NCBI GenBank assembly: GCA_963733535.1
Contig: CAVTDR010000006.1
Location: forward strand, 1,798,775 to 1,862,774
Reading direction: 5' to 3'
Source: an uncultured Bacteroidota bacterium
GTDB lineage: Bacteria > Bacteroidota > Bacteroidia > Bacteroidales > UBA10428
DNA length: 64,000 nt
This document shows positions 46,501 to 57,001 of the stretch, in pieces. A program made the translations under genes and the position numbers. A model generated the notes under the pieces. It had not been told where the DNA came from and made no database searches. It saw nothing but the letters and a program-made list of their open reading frames with translations. How positions within the stretch are numbered: the stretch's first letter is position 1; every line of letters begins with the position of its first letter.

Positions 46501-47742
46501 ATGAAAATAGATTTTAATATCAGACTTGGGATCAATGCTGCTGCAAAATATAGCAACCGTTTCATCACGGCAATAATCAGCCTTATTCTGTTTTTCACAG
46601 GTTGTATCAGCCCATATGAACCCGATTTTAAAGGCGAAAAGGGGCTGTTGGTGGTGGACGGAAGTCTCATAAAAGGTCGAGAAACCCAGGTGGTCGTGAT
46701 TTCAAAAACATCTCCCATCACACTACCAGAATATCTGCCGGTGGAAAACTGCAATGTGAGGATTACGGATAATAACGGAACTGAGTTTGTTTTTGATGAA
46801 GAATCACCCGGGAAATATGTGGCCCATATCGATGATGCATCACTGAGTTACGACAAACAATATAAACTGAGTATCACCACTTCTTCGGGAGCTGTTTATG
46901 AATCGAACTACCAGGAGCTATTGGAAACCGCTCCTGTCGACAGTATATATGGTATTCATGAATACCATTATTCTCCCAAAACCGAAAGGGAAACTGCCGA
47001 AGGAATTCAGTTTTATGTGGATTTGGATGCCCCTGATCAAGCCTCCAGGTACTATCGCTGGGTGTTGGAGGAGACGTGGGAGAGTTTTGTCAAAAATAAG
47101 ATCTGGGCTGTATATGACGGACAGACCATCAAACGCTTCTATCCGGAAGATAGTTTACAGCATTGCTGGAAAACCAAAGATGTTACCGGCTTATACTCTG
47201 CATCCACAGTTCAATTATCTTCGAACCGCATAAAAAAAGTTCCGCTTCATTTTTTAGAAAGTAGTTCCCCAAAGCTATTTTGTAAATACTGTGCAACGAT
47301 TAACCAATATGCCTTAAATGCGGAAGCCTATGAGTACTGGTATGAAAAAGAAAGAGAACTAAGAGAATCCGGTAATATCTACGCCATCCAACCCAGCCAG
47401 CCCAAATCGAATATTCATAACATCAATAACCCGGACGAACTGGTAATGGGATTTTTCTGGGTTGCCTCAAGTACTATAAAACGCACGTTTATAAAAAATC
47501 CCGATCCCCATGAAATGAGTATATCGTGTCATTGGTCGGGAGCCTATTGTGAATCAGATGATATCAATGATATTTTAGATCAGTTGTACTACATAATATC
47601 ACTTTATCCTGAGGATTTTACTAATCCGCCCTATTATATTACAAGAAATCTTGGGACCCAATTTGATATTGCCTTAACGCCCCAATGCCTGGATTGCAGG
47701 ATTCTTGGCGGGGATATCCTTAAACCTGATTTCTGGGAATAG
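46501..47742 (+). CDS. DUF4249 family lipoprotein, paralogue 2
   Basis: ATG at 46501. It is highly similar to 45282..46499 along its whole length. Confidence 0.65.
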   Translation: MKIDFNIRLGINAAAKYSNRFITAIISLILFFTGCISPYEPDFKGEKGLLVVDGSLIKGRETQVVVISKTSPITLPEYLPVENCNVRITDNNGTEFVFDEESPGKYVAHIDDASLSYDKQYKLSITTSSGAVYESNYQELLETAPVDSIYGIHEYHYSPKTERETAEGIQFYVDLDAPDQASRYYRWVLEETWESFVKNKIWAVYDGQTIKRFYPEDSLQHCWKTKDVTGLYSASTVQLSSNRIKKVPLHFLESSSPKLFCKYCATINQYALNAEAYEYWYEKERELRESGNIYAIQPSQPKSNIHNINNPDELVMGFFWVASSTIKRTFIKNPDPHEMSISCHWSGAYCESDDINDILDQLYYIISLYPEDFTNPPYYITRNLGTQFDIALTPQCLDCRILGGDILKPDFWE

Positions 47743-47808
47743 GATGAAGATATTTATGGTTTATGATTTCTCTACCTTTTTGAACATAGCGATACAAAGA
47801 TAAAAAAA

Positions 47809-49533
47809 ATGAAAAAAGCGCTCCTTTATGCTGTAATCCTTCTGATTGGTTATGATATCAACGGTCAGACAGGGCAATTCGGAATATCAGATTCTACAAT
47901 CCTTAACGGACCAGGAGAGAAGATACAGCTTTTCACGGACCGCAGCATGTATTGTGTGAATGAAACCATTTTCTTCACTGCAGATTATTCCTGCAAAAGC
48001 GAGGGGGATTCGATTCTTTGGAGCAAGGTATTGTATGTTGAACTCATCAAATGGAACGGAGTCAAACTGGCCAATCTGAAACTGAAGCTGGATATTTCAG
48101 GGGCATCTGGCAGCCTGCGCATCCCGGGAGATATACTTTCCGGTAATTATTATTTACGGGCTTATACAAAATGGATGCAAAATTTTTCATCCACAAATTA
48201 TGCATACCGGCTGATTAAAATTGTAAACCCCTATAACGCGGGCACAGACGCCGGCCCGGTAGAAATAGATGCTTCCCGTGAGTCCTTTTTATTCCGGAAG
48301 CCATCCAAAGAATTCATACGGGGTATCCATTGTTCCATGAATAAAAGTGCATACCAACCCAGAGAAAAAGCCGAAGTGGAATTTTATATCAATGGTGACA
48401 ATTTCATTACCGCTCATGACTATTGTGTTTCCATAGCAAAAGTAGGATCGATTGATACCTCATTCATTGATCTTAACCCTGAAATGGAGATTTCCGGAAT
48501 CAAATGGGGGGATATTGAATATCTGCCCGAAATTTGGGGGATTACGATTTCTGGTAAAGTCATAGATAAAACAGCGAATGCACCGAAGAAAAATCTTTTG
48601 GTAAATCTTTCCCAACCTGCACATGGAGAATTCTTTTCAGTTTACCAAACAAATGCTGAAGGCCGGTTTATCTTTTCTCTTCCGGACTTTTATGGAAAAT
48701 ATGATTTTTTCATACAGTCTGAAGCATCGGATACCGGAGTTACAGAGTTTTTAATTGATAATGGTTTTTGCAATCGTCCTGTAGTTTTGCCTCACGTTGC
48801 ATTCAGCCTCAATGAAGGGGAAAAACATCTTGTCCGGGATATGATGGTGAACATGCAACTGAATGAAAAATTTTCTTTGCGCCCTGATACAGCATTAAAA
48901 TTGCAGAGCAATCAGCCCCAACCCATTCCTTTTTATGGAAGCAGACCACATTACTATACTAAAAAGTTTATTGAATTACCGAATGTGGAAGAATTCTTTA
49001 TTGAAATTGTTCCTGAAGCAGAAGTGATTTATAACAATGGCATAGGTAAGCTAAATATAGAAGGGATCACAGGTTTTTCAAGTTATCCTCCCCTGGTCTT
49101 TCTGGATAATATACAGGTTAAAAATGATGACCGGCTGTTAAAATTACCGTTACACAAAATTGAAAGAGCGGAGGCTATTGAAGGAGGATATATTGTAGGC
49201 AATATGAAATACAGTGGGTTGGTAAGTATTTATTCAAAAAATAAAGATTATGCAGGATTGGCACTGAACAAAAACAGCATGTTCTTTGCTTTTGATTTGT
49301 TATCGGATGTAAACCCCGGTTTCACATTGGGAGAAAATTTTAATGATTCAAAAATTCCTGACCGGCGGAATCTTTTATACTGGAATCCGGATATTCAGCT
49401 TTCCAAAGGTCAAAAAACCACCCTCTCTTTTACTACATCAGATGCCAAAGGGGAGTATGTAGTATATATTTTGGGAAAAAATAGCGGGGGTGACAGGCAG
49501 GTATATGGCACCTATTATTTCTCGGTGGAATGA
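47809..49533 (+). CDS. hypothetical secreted protein (MG2-like / carboxypeptidase-regulatory-like segments)
   Basis: Signal peptide; IQLFTDRSMYCVNETIFFTADY resembles an MG2 domain start; ISGKVIDKTANAP...TNAEGRFIF. Confidence 0.5.
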   Translation: MKKALLYAVILLIGYDINGQTGQFGISDSTILNGPGEKIQLFTDRSMYCVNETIFFTADYSCKSEGDSILWSKVLYVELIKWNGVKLANLKLKLDISGASGSLRIPGDILSGNYYLRAYTKWMQNFSSTNYAYRLIKIVNPYNAGTDAGPVEIDASRESFLFRKPSKEFIRGIHCSMNKSAYQPREKAEVEFYINGDNFITAHDYCVSIAKVGSIDTSFIDLNPEMEISGIKWGDIEYLPEIWGITISGKVIDKTANAPKKNLLVNLSQPAHGEFFSVYQTNAEGRFIFSLPDFYGKYDFFIQSEASDTGVTEFLIDNGFCNRPVVLPHVAFSLNEGEKHLVRDMMVNMQLNEKFSLRPDTALKLQSNQPQPIPFYGSRPHYYTKKFIELPNVEEFFIEIVPEAEVIYNNGIGKLNIEGITGFSSYPPLVFLDNIQVKNDDRLLKLPLHKIERAEAIEGGYIVGNMKYSGLVSIYSKNKDYAGLALNKNSMFFAFDLLSDVNPGFTLGENFNDSKIPDRRNLLYWNPDIQLSKGQKTTLSFTTSDAKGEYVVYILGKNSGGDRQVYGTYYFSVE

Positions 49534-49712
49534 AAATGACTCAGGAGCATGTAATCGTAATGTGTTGTTTTTGCAGTAGGGAATTATCGATGAAAGATTC
49601 TGTACAGATGGAAATTAAGATAACGCAAGGAAATGATGAATCGCAGGCAGTTTATTGCCATAAGTCTTGTTTAAAAAAGGTCATTCATTCATCCGTTCCG
49701 CTCATCTTATAG
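49530..49712 (+). CDS. small Cys-rich protein (hypothetical)
   Basis: 60 aa. Its ATG overlaps the upstream stop (ATGA). It has a CC.C....C...C pattern. Confidence 0.3.
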   Translation: MKMTQEHVIVMCCFCSRELSMKDSVQMEIKITQGNDESQAVYCHKSCLKKVIHSSVPLIL

Positions 49713-49732
49713 TTCTCCTATAAATTTTTTCA

Positions 49733-50112
49733 TTCAACTCCTTCAGAGTTGGGGTAACCGACTGTCCTTTTCCACGGGTTTCACCCGCGGTTATTCAAAT
49801 TGAGCCACATCGTGGCTCCTACTAGACTCAGGACAGAATCAATGGAATAGATCCGTTTTGATATCCAAATGATAAAAATGCAGAAAGCTATGGGCACAGC
49901 CTCAGCCTAATGAATGGGTTACAGTGGGGTAAGATTCAAAATAACATCGAACATCGAACCTGCCTGCTACGCATTAGGCCAAATCAGGCATTCAGGCATC
50001 CAATAATGAATAATGAAGATGAAGACAGACCCTGAAAGGGTCACATCTGAATAACCGCGGGTGAAACCCGTGGATACGATCATCCAGCCTCCTCAACACT
50101 GAAAGGGTTGAA
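49733..50112. repeat. MITE-like palindromic element (~380 bp)
   Basis: Terminal inverted repeats ttcaactccttcagagttg (49733-) and caacactgaaagggttgaa (-50112). Internal inverted repeats tccacgggtttcacccgcggttattc (49771-49796) and gaataaccgcgggtgaaacccgtgga (50048-50074). A partial copy runs off the window at 63948-64000. Confidence 0.6.
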
Positions 50113-50207
50113 TTTTATTGCTTCCATTTAGTTATCATCTGCCTTCGCACAAATTTGCCTTTCACCCATAAATTATGTATTATTAACATGGCAAAAACAA
50201 TCTGAAT

Positions 50208-52547
50208 ATGACAGACTTGAATGACAGAATAAACCAACTTCAGGACCGGTTGGAATCCCTGATGAAAAGACAGGAGGACTTTTCAAGGGAGATTATCAAC
50301 CTGCGCATTGAAATAAACCAGCTAAAATTCATCGCCCCCGAAAAAGTAGTGGCAAAAGAAGAAACAGATCAGGTTGTTCGTTTGGTTGAGCCCGAACCGG
50401 AGATCAAAAAGCAAAACTCAATTTCCGACGTACCCATTCCGCAGCCTGTATATCCACAACCGCTCACACAAAAATCCAACATTGAGAAATTTATTGGTGA
50501 AAATCTTATCAATAAAATTGGCATTGCAATTACAGTAATCGGTGTAGGAATAGGCACAAAATACTCTATTGAACACGGTTTGATAAGTCCACTTACCAGA
50601 ATAATTCTGGGATACCTTTTTGGCTTGGGATTACTGGGTTTTGGCATGAAACTGAAGAGCAGGTATGAAAATTACAGCGCAGTTCTTGTTAGTGGTGCTA
50701 TGGCCATTTTGTACTTCATTACTTATTCGGCATGCGGTATATATGATTTGATTCCACAGGCAATGGCATTCGGACTCATGGTAATTTTTACCGTATTCAC
50801 TGTTATCGCTGCAATACATTATAACCGACAAGTTATTGCTCATATTGGTCTTGTTGGCGCATATGCCGTGCCATTCCTGCTGAGTGAAGGGTCAAAGGAT
50901 GTGGCATTTCTCTTTTCTTATATGGCTATCATTAATATCGGGATACTAGCTATCGCATTCAAAAGATATTGGAAGTCGCTTTACTATTCCTCATTTGGAC
51001 TGACCTGGCTGATATACTTTATGTGGTACGCAACAGATTATGAATCAGATCAGTATTTTCTTCTGGCATTGGGATTCCTGTCTGCATTTTTCGTAATATT
51101 TTACCTGACATTTCTAACCTATAAATTGCTTAAAAAAGAGAAGTTTGATGTTGATGACACCATTCTGCTCCTCCTGAATTCGTTTATTTATTATGGAATT
51201 GGATACGCCATTTTGGATACCCCCGAAACAGGTGATCACTTATTGGGACTATTTACATTGTTTAATGCAATCATCCATTTTATTGTTAGCGTTGTAATAT
51301 ACCGTCAAAAGCTAGCCGACAGAAATCTGTTTTATCTGGTAACCGGACTGGTACTTGTTTTTATTACCATCACATTTCCGGTACAGATGAACGGCAATTG
51401 GGTTACCCTGCTTTGGGCCGGTGAAGCTGCATTATTATTCTGGATTGGCAGAAATCAGAATGTGTCCTTTTATGAGAAGATTTCTTATCCCTTGATGATA
51501 TTGGCTTTTTTCAGCATCATACAGGACTGGTCGAATGCTTATGGAGGTTATATTTCTGAAGATCCGGGGACCAAAATAACTCCTTTACTCAACATCCATT
51601 TTATCAGTTCGATGTTATTTATTTCGGTATTTGGATTCATCAATATTCTGAACAAAAAAAGAAAAAGTCTTTTCTCCTCTGCATCACAACATTTCTTTCC
51701 GGAAATGATGGGATTTCTTATGCCGGCCATTCTTGTTGTCTCTCTTTATTTTGCGTTTTTATTAGAAATCTCGAATTTCTGGAATCAGCAATATGCAGAT
51801 TCGGCACTTAAAATAATGAATGACAATCAGCAATATGCCGATTACTACCGAAATATTGATTTAAAAAGTTTCAAAACCATATGGATGATTAATTATTCCC
51901 TGCTTTTTATTTCTATTCTGGCTTTTGTAAATTGGAAGAAGTTCAAGAATAACCTGTTGGGGTTGATAAGTTTCGGATTGACCATTTTGATTGTCGTCAT
52001 TTTTCTAACCCTGGGACTTTATACCCTTAGTGAATTAAGAGAAAGCTATCTGTCGCAGCATTTGGTGGAATATTATAAAAGAGGCATTTTTAATTTAATA
52101 ATCCGATATGTTTCTCTTGCCTTTGTTGCTGTAACACTATTCGTTTGTCATAAATATGTCAGCCAGGATTCAGATAAAAGAAACCGTAGAATAACTTTTG
52201 ATTTTCTGTTGCATATTTCTGTTTTGTGGATTGCAAGCAGCGAATTCATTCATTGGATGGATATGGCAGCATCTACACAATCCTATAAGCTTGGATTGAG
52301 CATATTGTGGGGTATTTATTCTCTTTTTATGATATCTATGGGGATATGGAAAAAGAACAAATCTCTTAGAATGGGGGCAATTGTATTGTTTGGCGTTACC
52401 CTGATAAAACTTTTCTTTTTTGATCTTTCACATCTTAATACGATTTCAAAGACGATCGTATTTGTTTCTTTGGGGATACTGCTCCTAGTTATTTCCTTTT
52501 TGTACCATAAGTTTAAGCACATTATATCAGATGAAGTTAGTCGTTAA
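50208..52547 (+). CDS. DUF2339-like polytopic membrane protein
   Basis: N-terminal coiled coil followed by more than 15 hydrophobic spans, with the size and layout typical of DUF2339. Confidence 0.6.
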   Translation: MTDLNDRINQLQDRLESLMKRQEDFSREIINLRIEINQLKFIAPEKVVAKEETDQVVRLVEPEPEIKKQNSISDVPIPQPVYPQPLTQKSNIEKFIGENLINKIGIAITVIGVGIGTKYSIEHGLISPLTRIILGYLFGLGLLGFGMKLKSRYENYSAVLVSGAMAILYFITYSACGIYDLIPQAMAFGLMVIFTVFTVIAAIHYNRQVIAHIGLVGAYAVPFLLSEGSKDVAFLFSYMAIINIGILAIAFKRYWKSLYYSSFGLTWLIYFMWYATDYESDQYFLLALGFLSAFFVIFYLTFLTYKLLKKEKFDVDDTILLLLNSFIYYGIGYAILDTPETGDHLLGLFTLFNAIIHFIVSVVIYRQKLADRNLFYLVTGLVLVFITITFPVQMNGNWVTLLWAGEAALLFWIGRNQNVSFYEKISYPLMILAFFSIIQDWSNAYGGYISEDPGTKITPLLNIHFISSMLFISVFGFINILNKKRKSLFSSASQHFFPEMMGFLMPAILVVSLYFAFLLEISNFWNQQYADSALKIMNDNQQYADYYRNIDLKSFKTIWMINYSLLFISILAFVNWKKFKNNLLGLISFGLTILIVVIFLTLGLYTLSELRESYLSQHLVEYYKRGIFNLIIRYVSLAFVAVTLFVCHKYVSQDSDKRNRRITFDFLLHISVLWIASSEFIHWMDMAASTQSYKLGLSILWGIYSLFMISMGIWKKNKSLRMGAIVLFGVTLIKLFFFDLSHLNTISKTIVFVSLGILLLVISFLYHKFKHIISDEVSR

Positions 52548-53763
52548 ATTATGCGCATGTCTTATATTTACTTGCCTGGGCGCCTTCGGGCAAATAGAGG
52601 ATTATAAATATAAGCGAGAATTAACAGGGATTTCTGAACAATGGCACAAGATCGTTCTGCCGGATGCTATTTTTGGAAAAGTTTCACCTGCATTCACCGA
52701 TATTCGGATTTATGGTATAACCGCAAGTCAGGATACACTTGAAGTACCTTATATTCTTCGGCTGGCATCCGGGAAAACAACCCAGAAAGAAGTGGCTTTT
52801 AATACAATTAACACTTCTTATAATGAGAAAGGTTATTATTTCACATTTGAAATTCCTTCAACTGAGCCCGTCAACCAAATAGATCTGCATTTCAGACAGA
52901 GAAATTTCGACTGGCAATTAAAACTTGAAGGAAGTTTTAATCAGTCGGACTGGCATACCATTACCGACCATTACCGGATCTTATCCATTAAAAATGAGAT
53001 CACCGATTTTCAATTTACGAAAGTGGTGTTTTCCGATTCAAAATACCGGTATATCCGAATGATCATCAACAGTAAGGAAAAACCGGATCTGACTCAGGCC
53101 GGTATTGTGCAACAGGAGCATACAGACGGGGTATACAAAAATTTTCCCATCCGGAAATTTACGATAAAGAACCATAAAGAGGCAAAGCAAACCGAAATTG
53201 AAATTGAATTGGAGCAACCGGTTCCGGTGTGCTGGCTGAAATTAAAAATTGAAGACAAATTCGACTATTACCGCCCCGTTGAGATAAAATATGTGACTGA
53301 CTCCTTTAAAACAGAACAGGGTTTGCAATACAATTATAGCATGTTAACATCGGGTACATTGAATTCTATGGAAGAAAATTCATTCAGATTCAACAGTACC
53401 ATTGTAAAAAAACTAAAAATCATCATTTACAATCATGATAATCAGCCCTTACATCTAAATACCGTGCAGGTAGAAGGGTATGTGCATGAGTTGACAGCAC
53501 AGTTTACGTCTGAGGCGCACTATTTTCTAACGTATGGAAATAGCACTGCTGTAAAGCCCGATTACGAAATTGAGAACTTCATTGACAAGATTCCTGTGGT
53601 ATTGACAGCATTGGATTTAGGGAACGAGGAGGTAATTGGAAAAGAGGAAATACCGGCAAAAACGCCTTTTTTTCATCATAAAATTTGGTTGTGGGGCATT
53701 ATGGCACTCATTATTTTAACGCTTGGGTGGTTTTCCATTAAAATGCTGCAGAGAAAAGCGTAG
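52531..53763 (+). CDS. DUF3999-like protein
   Basis: Overlaps the upstream gene by 17 nt. It has a signal peptide and a C-terminal TM. DUF2339/DUF3999 are commonly adjacent, but this assignment is from memory. Confidence 0.5.
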   Translation: MKLVVKLCACLIFTCLGAFGQIEDYKYKRELTGISEQWHKIVLPDAIFGKVSPAFTDIRIYGITASQDTLEVPYILRLASGKTTQKEVAFNTINTSYNEKGYYFTFEIPSTEPVNQIDLHFRQRNFDWQLKLEGSFNQSDWHTITDHYRILSIKNEITDFQFTKVVFSDSKYRYIRMIINSKEKPDLTQAGIVQQEHTDGVYKNFPIRKFTIKNHKEAKQTEIEIELEQPVPVCWLKLKIEDKFDYYRPVEIKYVTDSFKTEQGLQYNYSMLTSGTLNSMEENSFRFNSTIVKKLKIIIYNHDNQPLHLNTVQVEGYVHELTAQFTSEAHYFLTYGNSTAVKPDYEIENFIDKIPVVLTALDLGNEEVIGKEEIPAKTPFFHHKIWLWGIMALIILTLGWFSIKMLQRKA

Positions 53764-53829
53764 TGTTATATGTATTCCATTTTATCAAAAGTTTAGGATA
53801 TTGTATCGAAAAATAATAAAAACAACTCC

Positions 53830-54372
53830 ATGACACCTCGAAGCTTTTGGATCATTTTTCTCAGAATTATTGGAATCTGGTTCGTACTAAATTCAATTCC
53901 AGCCATTTACCAATATTTCACCTATTTGCCATTATTAAAGGGAGCTACAACAATCGGATTTTTACTGGCAACGGTAGGTATGACAACCGGATTATTTCTA
54001 TTCCTCCTCTTGAATTTGTATGTATTCATTTTCAGAACAGATTGGATTATTGATAAACTAAAACTCGATAAGGGTTTCACGGAAGAGAAATTTGATCTCA
54101 ATATACATCGTTCAACCATATATCAAATATCCATAATTGTAATAGGCGGTTTACTTTTGATCAGGTGTTTTCCACAACTTTGCCGTGAGTTGATTTTGTA
54201 TTTTCAACAGAGTTCATTGCCCGTTAACTATCAAACAAATCCAACCTGGTCGTTTATTTTCCTACATTTTGTGGAAACCTTAATCGGTATATACTTTCTT
54301 ACAAGCAGCCGTACAATTGGTAATTTTATTGAACGTCAAAAAAGAAAATCAAAATTGAACAAAGCGGAATAA
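53830..54372 (+). CDS. hypothetical membrane protein
   Basis: 180 aa with 4 hydrophobic spans. Confidence 0.45.
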   Translation: MTPRSFWIIFLRIIGIWFVLNSIPAIYQYFTYLPLLKGATTIGFLLATVGMTTGLFLFLLLNLYVFIFRTDWIIDKLKLDKGFTEEKFDLNIHRSTIYQISIIVIGGLLLIRCFPQLCRELILYFQQSSLPVNYQTNPTWSFIFLHFVETLIGIYFLTSSRTIGNFIERQKRKSKLNKAE

Positions 54373-54840
54373 AAAGCAACCGACCTTCCCTAAGTTCGGC
54401 TGAGGCTGTGCCTCTGTCGAACATATCTCCAAAGGCTTTGCCTTTAAAAACCAGGCGATAGCCTGAAAAGATAGATTCGGCTTAGGCACAGCCTAATCCG
54501 AACGAAAGACAATATTTCGCCCACTACGGGGCTTTTGGGCGTGGGGACATCTCTTTCTACCTATATTCCGCTCCTAACGGAGCTTATTCCGATTACCTCT
54601 TACCGATTTCCCACACCCCACACATCCTGCCTGCCTGCCTGCGGAGGATCAAGCCAGGCCAGGCATCTAGCATCCAGAATCCAGTATCAGTTCCCACACT
54701 GATTACCGATTACCGTTTTTCCACCTCTTACCAGTTTTTCACCGATTACCGATTACTGATTACCTCCTAATCTTCACCTCTTCACAGCGTTTCAGCATTT
54801 TTTTCTGTACCTTGCAGTATCGTATAAATACCCATGACAC

Positions 54841-55086
54841 ATGCGGACTAAAAGCAAGACATTAAGGGTTTTTACAGGTTCTGCGCTTACCGTTAACCTT
54901 CTGAAAGAGGAATTAGAAAGAGCGGGTATCGGTTGTTATATTCAGGATGATTTTTTATCGGGTGTTTATGCCGGGTTTATAGGAGGAATGCCCAATTCGG
55001 TTGATCTTTTTATTAAAGAAATAGACGTTATGCGTGCCCAAAGCATATTAAGGGAGTTTGAAAGAAACAACAACCCTTCAAATTGA
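54841..55086 (+). CDS. DUF2007-like small protein
   Basis: VFTGSALTVNLLKEELERAGI and the ~80 aa size fit the family. Confidence 0.5.
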   Translation: MRTKSKTLRVFTGSALTVNLLKEELERAGIGCYIQDDFLSGVYAGFIGGMPNSVDLFIKEIDVMRAQSILREFERNNNPSN

Positions 55087-55140
55087 TGGCTCCAGGAAGT
55101 ACAAAGGGAATAAAATTAAAAATTTGGAGGAAATGAAAAA

Positions 55141-55779
55141 TTGAAACCAGATTCGATATTTTTTGATATGGATGGGACATTATGGGATGGAGTATCTGCC
55201 TATGCCGAAGGATTTAATGATTTTTTTGAATCGAAAGGAATTCAGCGAAGAGTTACAAAGGATGATTTATTTAGGTATATGGGAATGGAAGAACTGCAAT
55301 ATTTAGAAAAGACGCTTCCGGAATTTTCTGTACATGAAAGAAAAAAAGCCTATAAAGAGATCATAGAATTGCAATATAAGCGAATCGACAGAGATGGAGG
55401 TTTTTTGTTCGAAGGGGTACTAGCAGGACTGGAAAAATTAGCCAAAAAATATAAGTTGTTTATTGTTAGCAATTGCCCGGAATTTACAATTCAACATTTT
55501 ATGACATGGTCAAAATTAGAGGATATCATTACCGACACCATGTCTCATGGCGTAAATTATAAAGCAAAACATGAAAATATCAAATACCTGATTGATAAAT
55601 ATCAATTAAAGTCGCCCGTTTATATAGGTGATACTGACTCCGACAGGAAACAATGCAGCCTATTGAATATTCCATTTGGATTTGTATCTTATGGTTTCGG
55701 AAATACAGATATTTATGACATGCGATTTGATACATTTTATGAATTGACGGATTATTTTATTGCTGCAAGCGCAGTTTAG
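55141..55779 (+). CDS. HAD-superfamily hydrolase
   Basis: FFDMDGTLWD (motif I), VSNC (motif II) and GDTDSD (motif IV). The start codon is TTG. Confidence 0.75.
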   Translation: MKPDSIFFDMDGTLWDGVSAYAEGFNDFFESKGIQRRVTKDDLFRYMGMEELQYLEKTLPEFSVHERKKAYKEIIELQYKRIDRDGGFLFEGVLAGLEKLAKKYKLFIVSNCPEFTIQHFMTWSKLEDIITDTMSHGVNYKAKHENIKYLIDKYQLKSPVYIGDTDSDRKQCSLLNIPFGFVSYGFGNTDIYDMRFDTFYELTDYFIAASAV

Positions 55780-55849
55780 CTTCAAAAAAGGTGACAACTG
55801 CTGCTCAGACGCGTTTTCTGTAAGAACTCACACTGAAGCAATTGAAATA

Positions 55850-55932
55850 GGCTGAAAGCCTTATTTACTTCAGCCCGATGGCAACGCCTCGGGTAATATA
55901 GGCATCACGACACCCGCGCCCTGAAAGGGCAG
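55850..55932 (+). repeat. REP unit flanking the RAYT gene (left)
   Basis: ggctgaaagccttatttacttcagcccgatggcaacgcctcgggt...gccctgaaagggcag. An inverted copy is at 56405-56477. Confidence 0.8.
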
Positions 55933-55933
55933 A

Positions 55934-56389
55934 TTAATCCGTCCACAAATATTGTTCGTTATATTCGACACCATATTCTTTTAAAAACAATAAATATTCT
56001 TCTTTAAAACTCATTTTCTTATGGTGTTCTTCTTGTCTTATTATGTAATTTTTTGTTTTATTCTGTAAGGAAGAACTTACAGAAAATCCGCCATATCCCC
56101 CCTGCCAGCAAAAATCGGTATAATGCCGATCTTTAGTTTTTATCCATCGGCTACTATGTCTTTTTACTTCCTCAATTAATTTTGCAAGTGCAATGTTTTT
56201 GGATAATACACATAAAATGTGAACGTGGTCCTCTGTTCCGTTTATTAAAACCGGAATAGATTCATTATCTTTAATTATTGACCCTATATAAGCGAATAAA
56301 TCCTCTTTATCCTGCTTCCGTATTTGGCATTTGTTGTTTTTAATATGAAATATGATGTGTATATATAACTTTGATAAGGATTGTGCCAT
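55934..56389 (-). CDS. REP-associated tyrosine transposase (RAYT; IS200/IS605 Y1-like)
   Basis: The preferred start is ATG at 56389 (MAQSLSKLYIHIIFH..). It has the HuH motif HVHILCVL. The longer ORF extension to 56479 runs through the REP. Confidence 0.75.
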   Translation of the reverse strand: MAQSLSKLYIHIIFHIKNNKCQIRKQDKEDLFAYIGSIIKDNESIPVLINGTEDHVHILCVLSKNIALAKLIEEVKRHSSRWIKTKDRHYTDFCWQGGYGGFSVSSSLQNKTKNYIIRQEEHHKKMSFKEEYLLFLKEYGVEYNEQYLWTD

Positions 56390-56404
56390 TTTGTTTCTTT
56401 TAAG

Positions 56405-56477
56405 CTGTCCTTTCAGGACGTTTTGCATATAAACATACATAGCCCAAGGCGTTGCCATTGGGCTGAAATAAGCTGCC
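56405..56477 (-). repeat. REP unit flanking the RAYT gene (right, inverted)
   Basis: Its reverse complement, ggcagcttatttcagcccaatggcaacgccttgggct...cctgaaaggacag, aligns with 55850-55932. Confidence 0.8.
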
Positions 56478-57001
56478 ACTTTGTGGCGTAGAAGGTTTCC
56501 CTATTTAAATCTAAATTACAAAAAATCTTTTGAACTCTCAAAAGTGTTGCCCATACCCTAGTGCTAAGGCTCTTTCAAGGTAAGTTTGTAAATGAATTAG
56601 GATATGTTTGTAACGTATCTATTTGTTGAAAACATAACCCTAACATTTAGCAAAAGTTTTCTTACCTTGACGGTTAAGTCGGATCATTCACTGTGCTGGT
56701 ACTAAAGCTCTTTCATGGGTAACAAGGCATATATGGCTGCAGCAGCTGCAAAAATTATGCATCTTCAAATCAATATTCAAAGCATATTCATTATTTGTCC
56801 TGAAAGAGCGTATGCTGTTATTAATGACTACTTTTTTTAGAAGCTGCACCTAACCATAGTAACCGAAAATGAGTAACGCAACCTAAACAGGATTCAGAAC
56901 ATCAGATGATATAACCGATCCGTTTTAAAAAATTCGAACTGAAATAAAACCCCGATGCCTTTCGCATTTAAATAGGATTAAGTTTAATTAAGAATTGGAT
57001 T

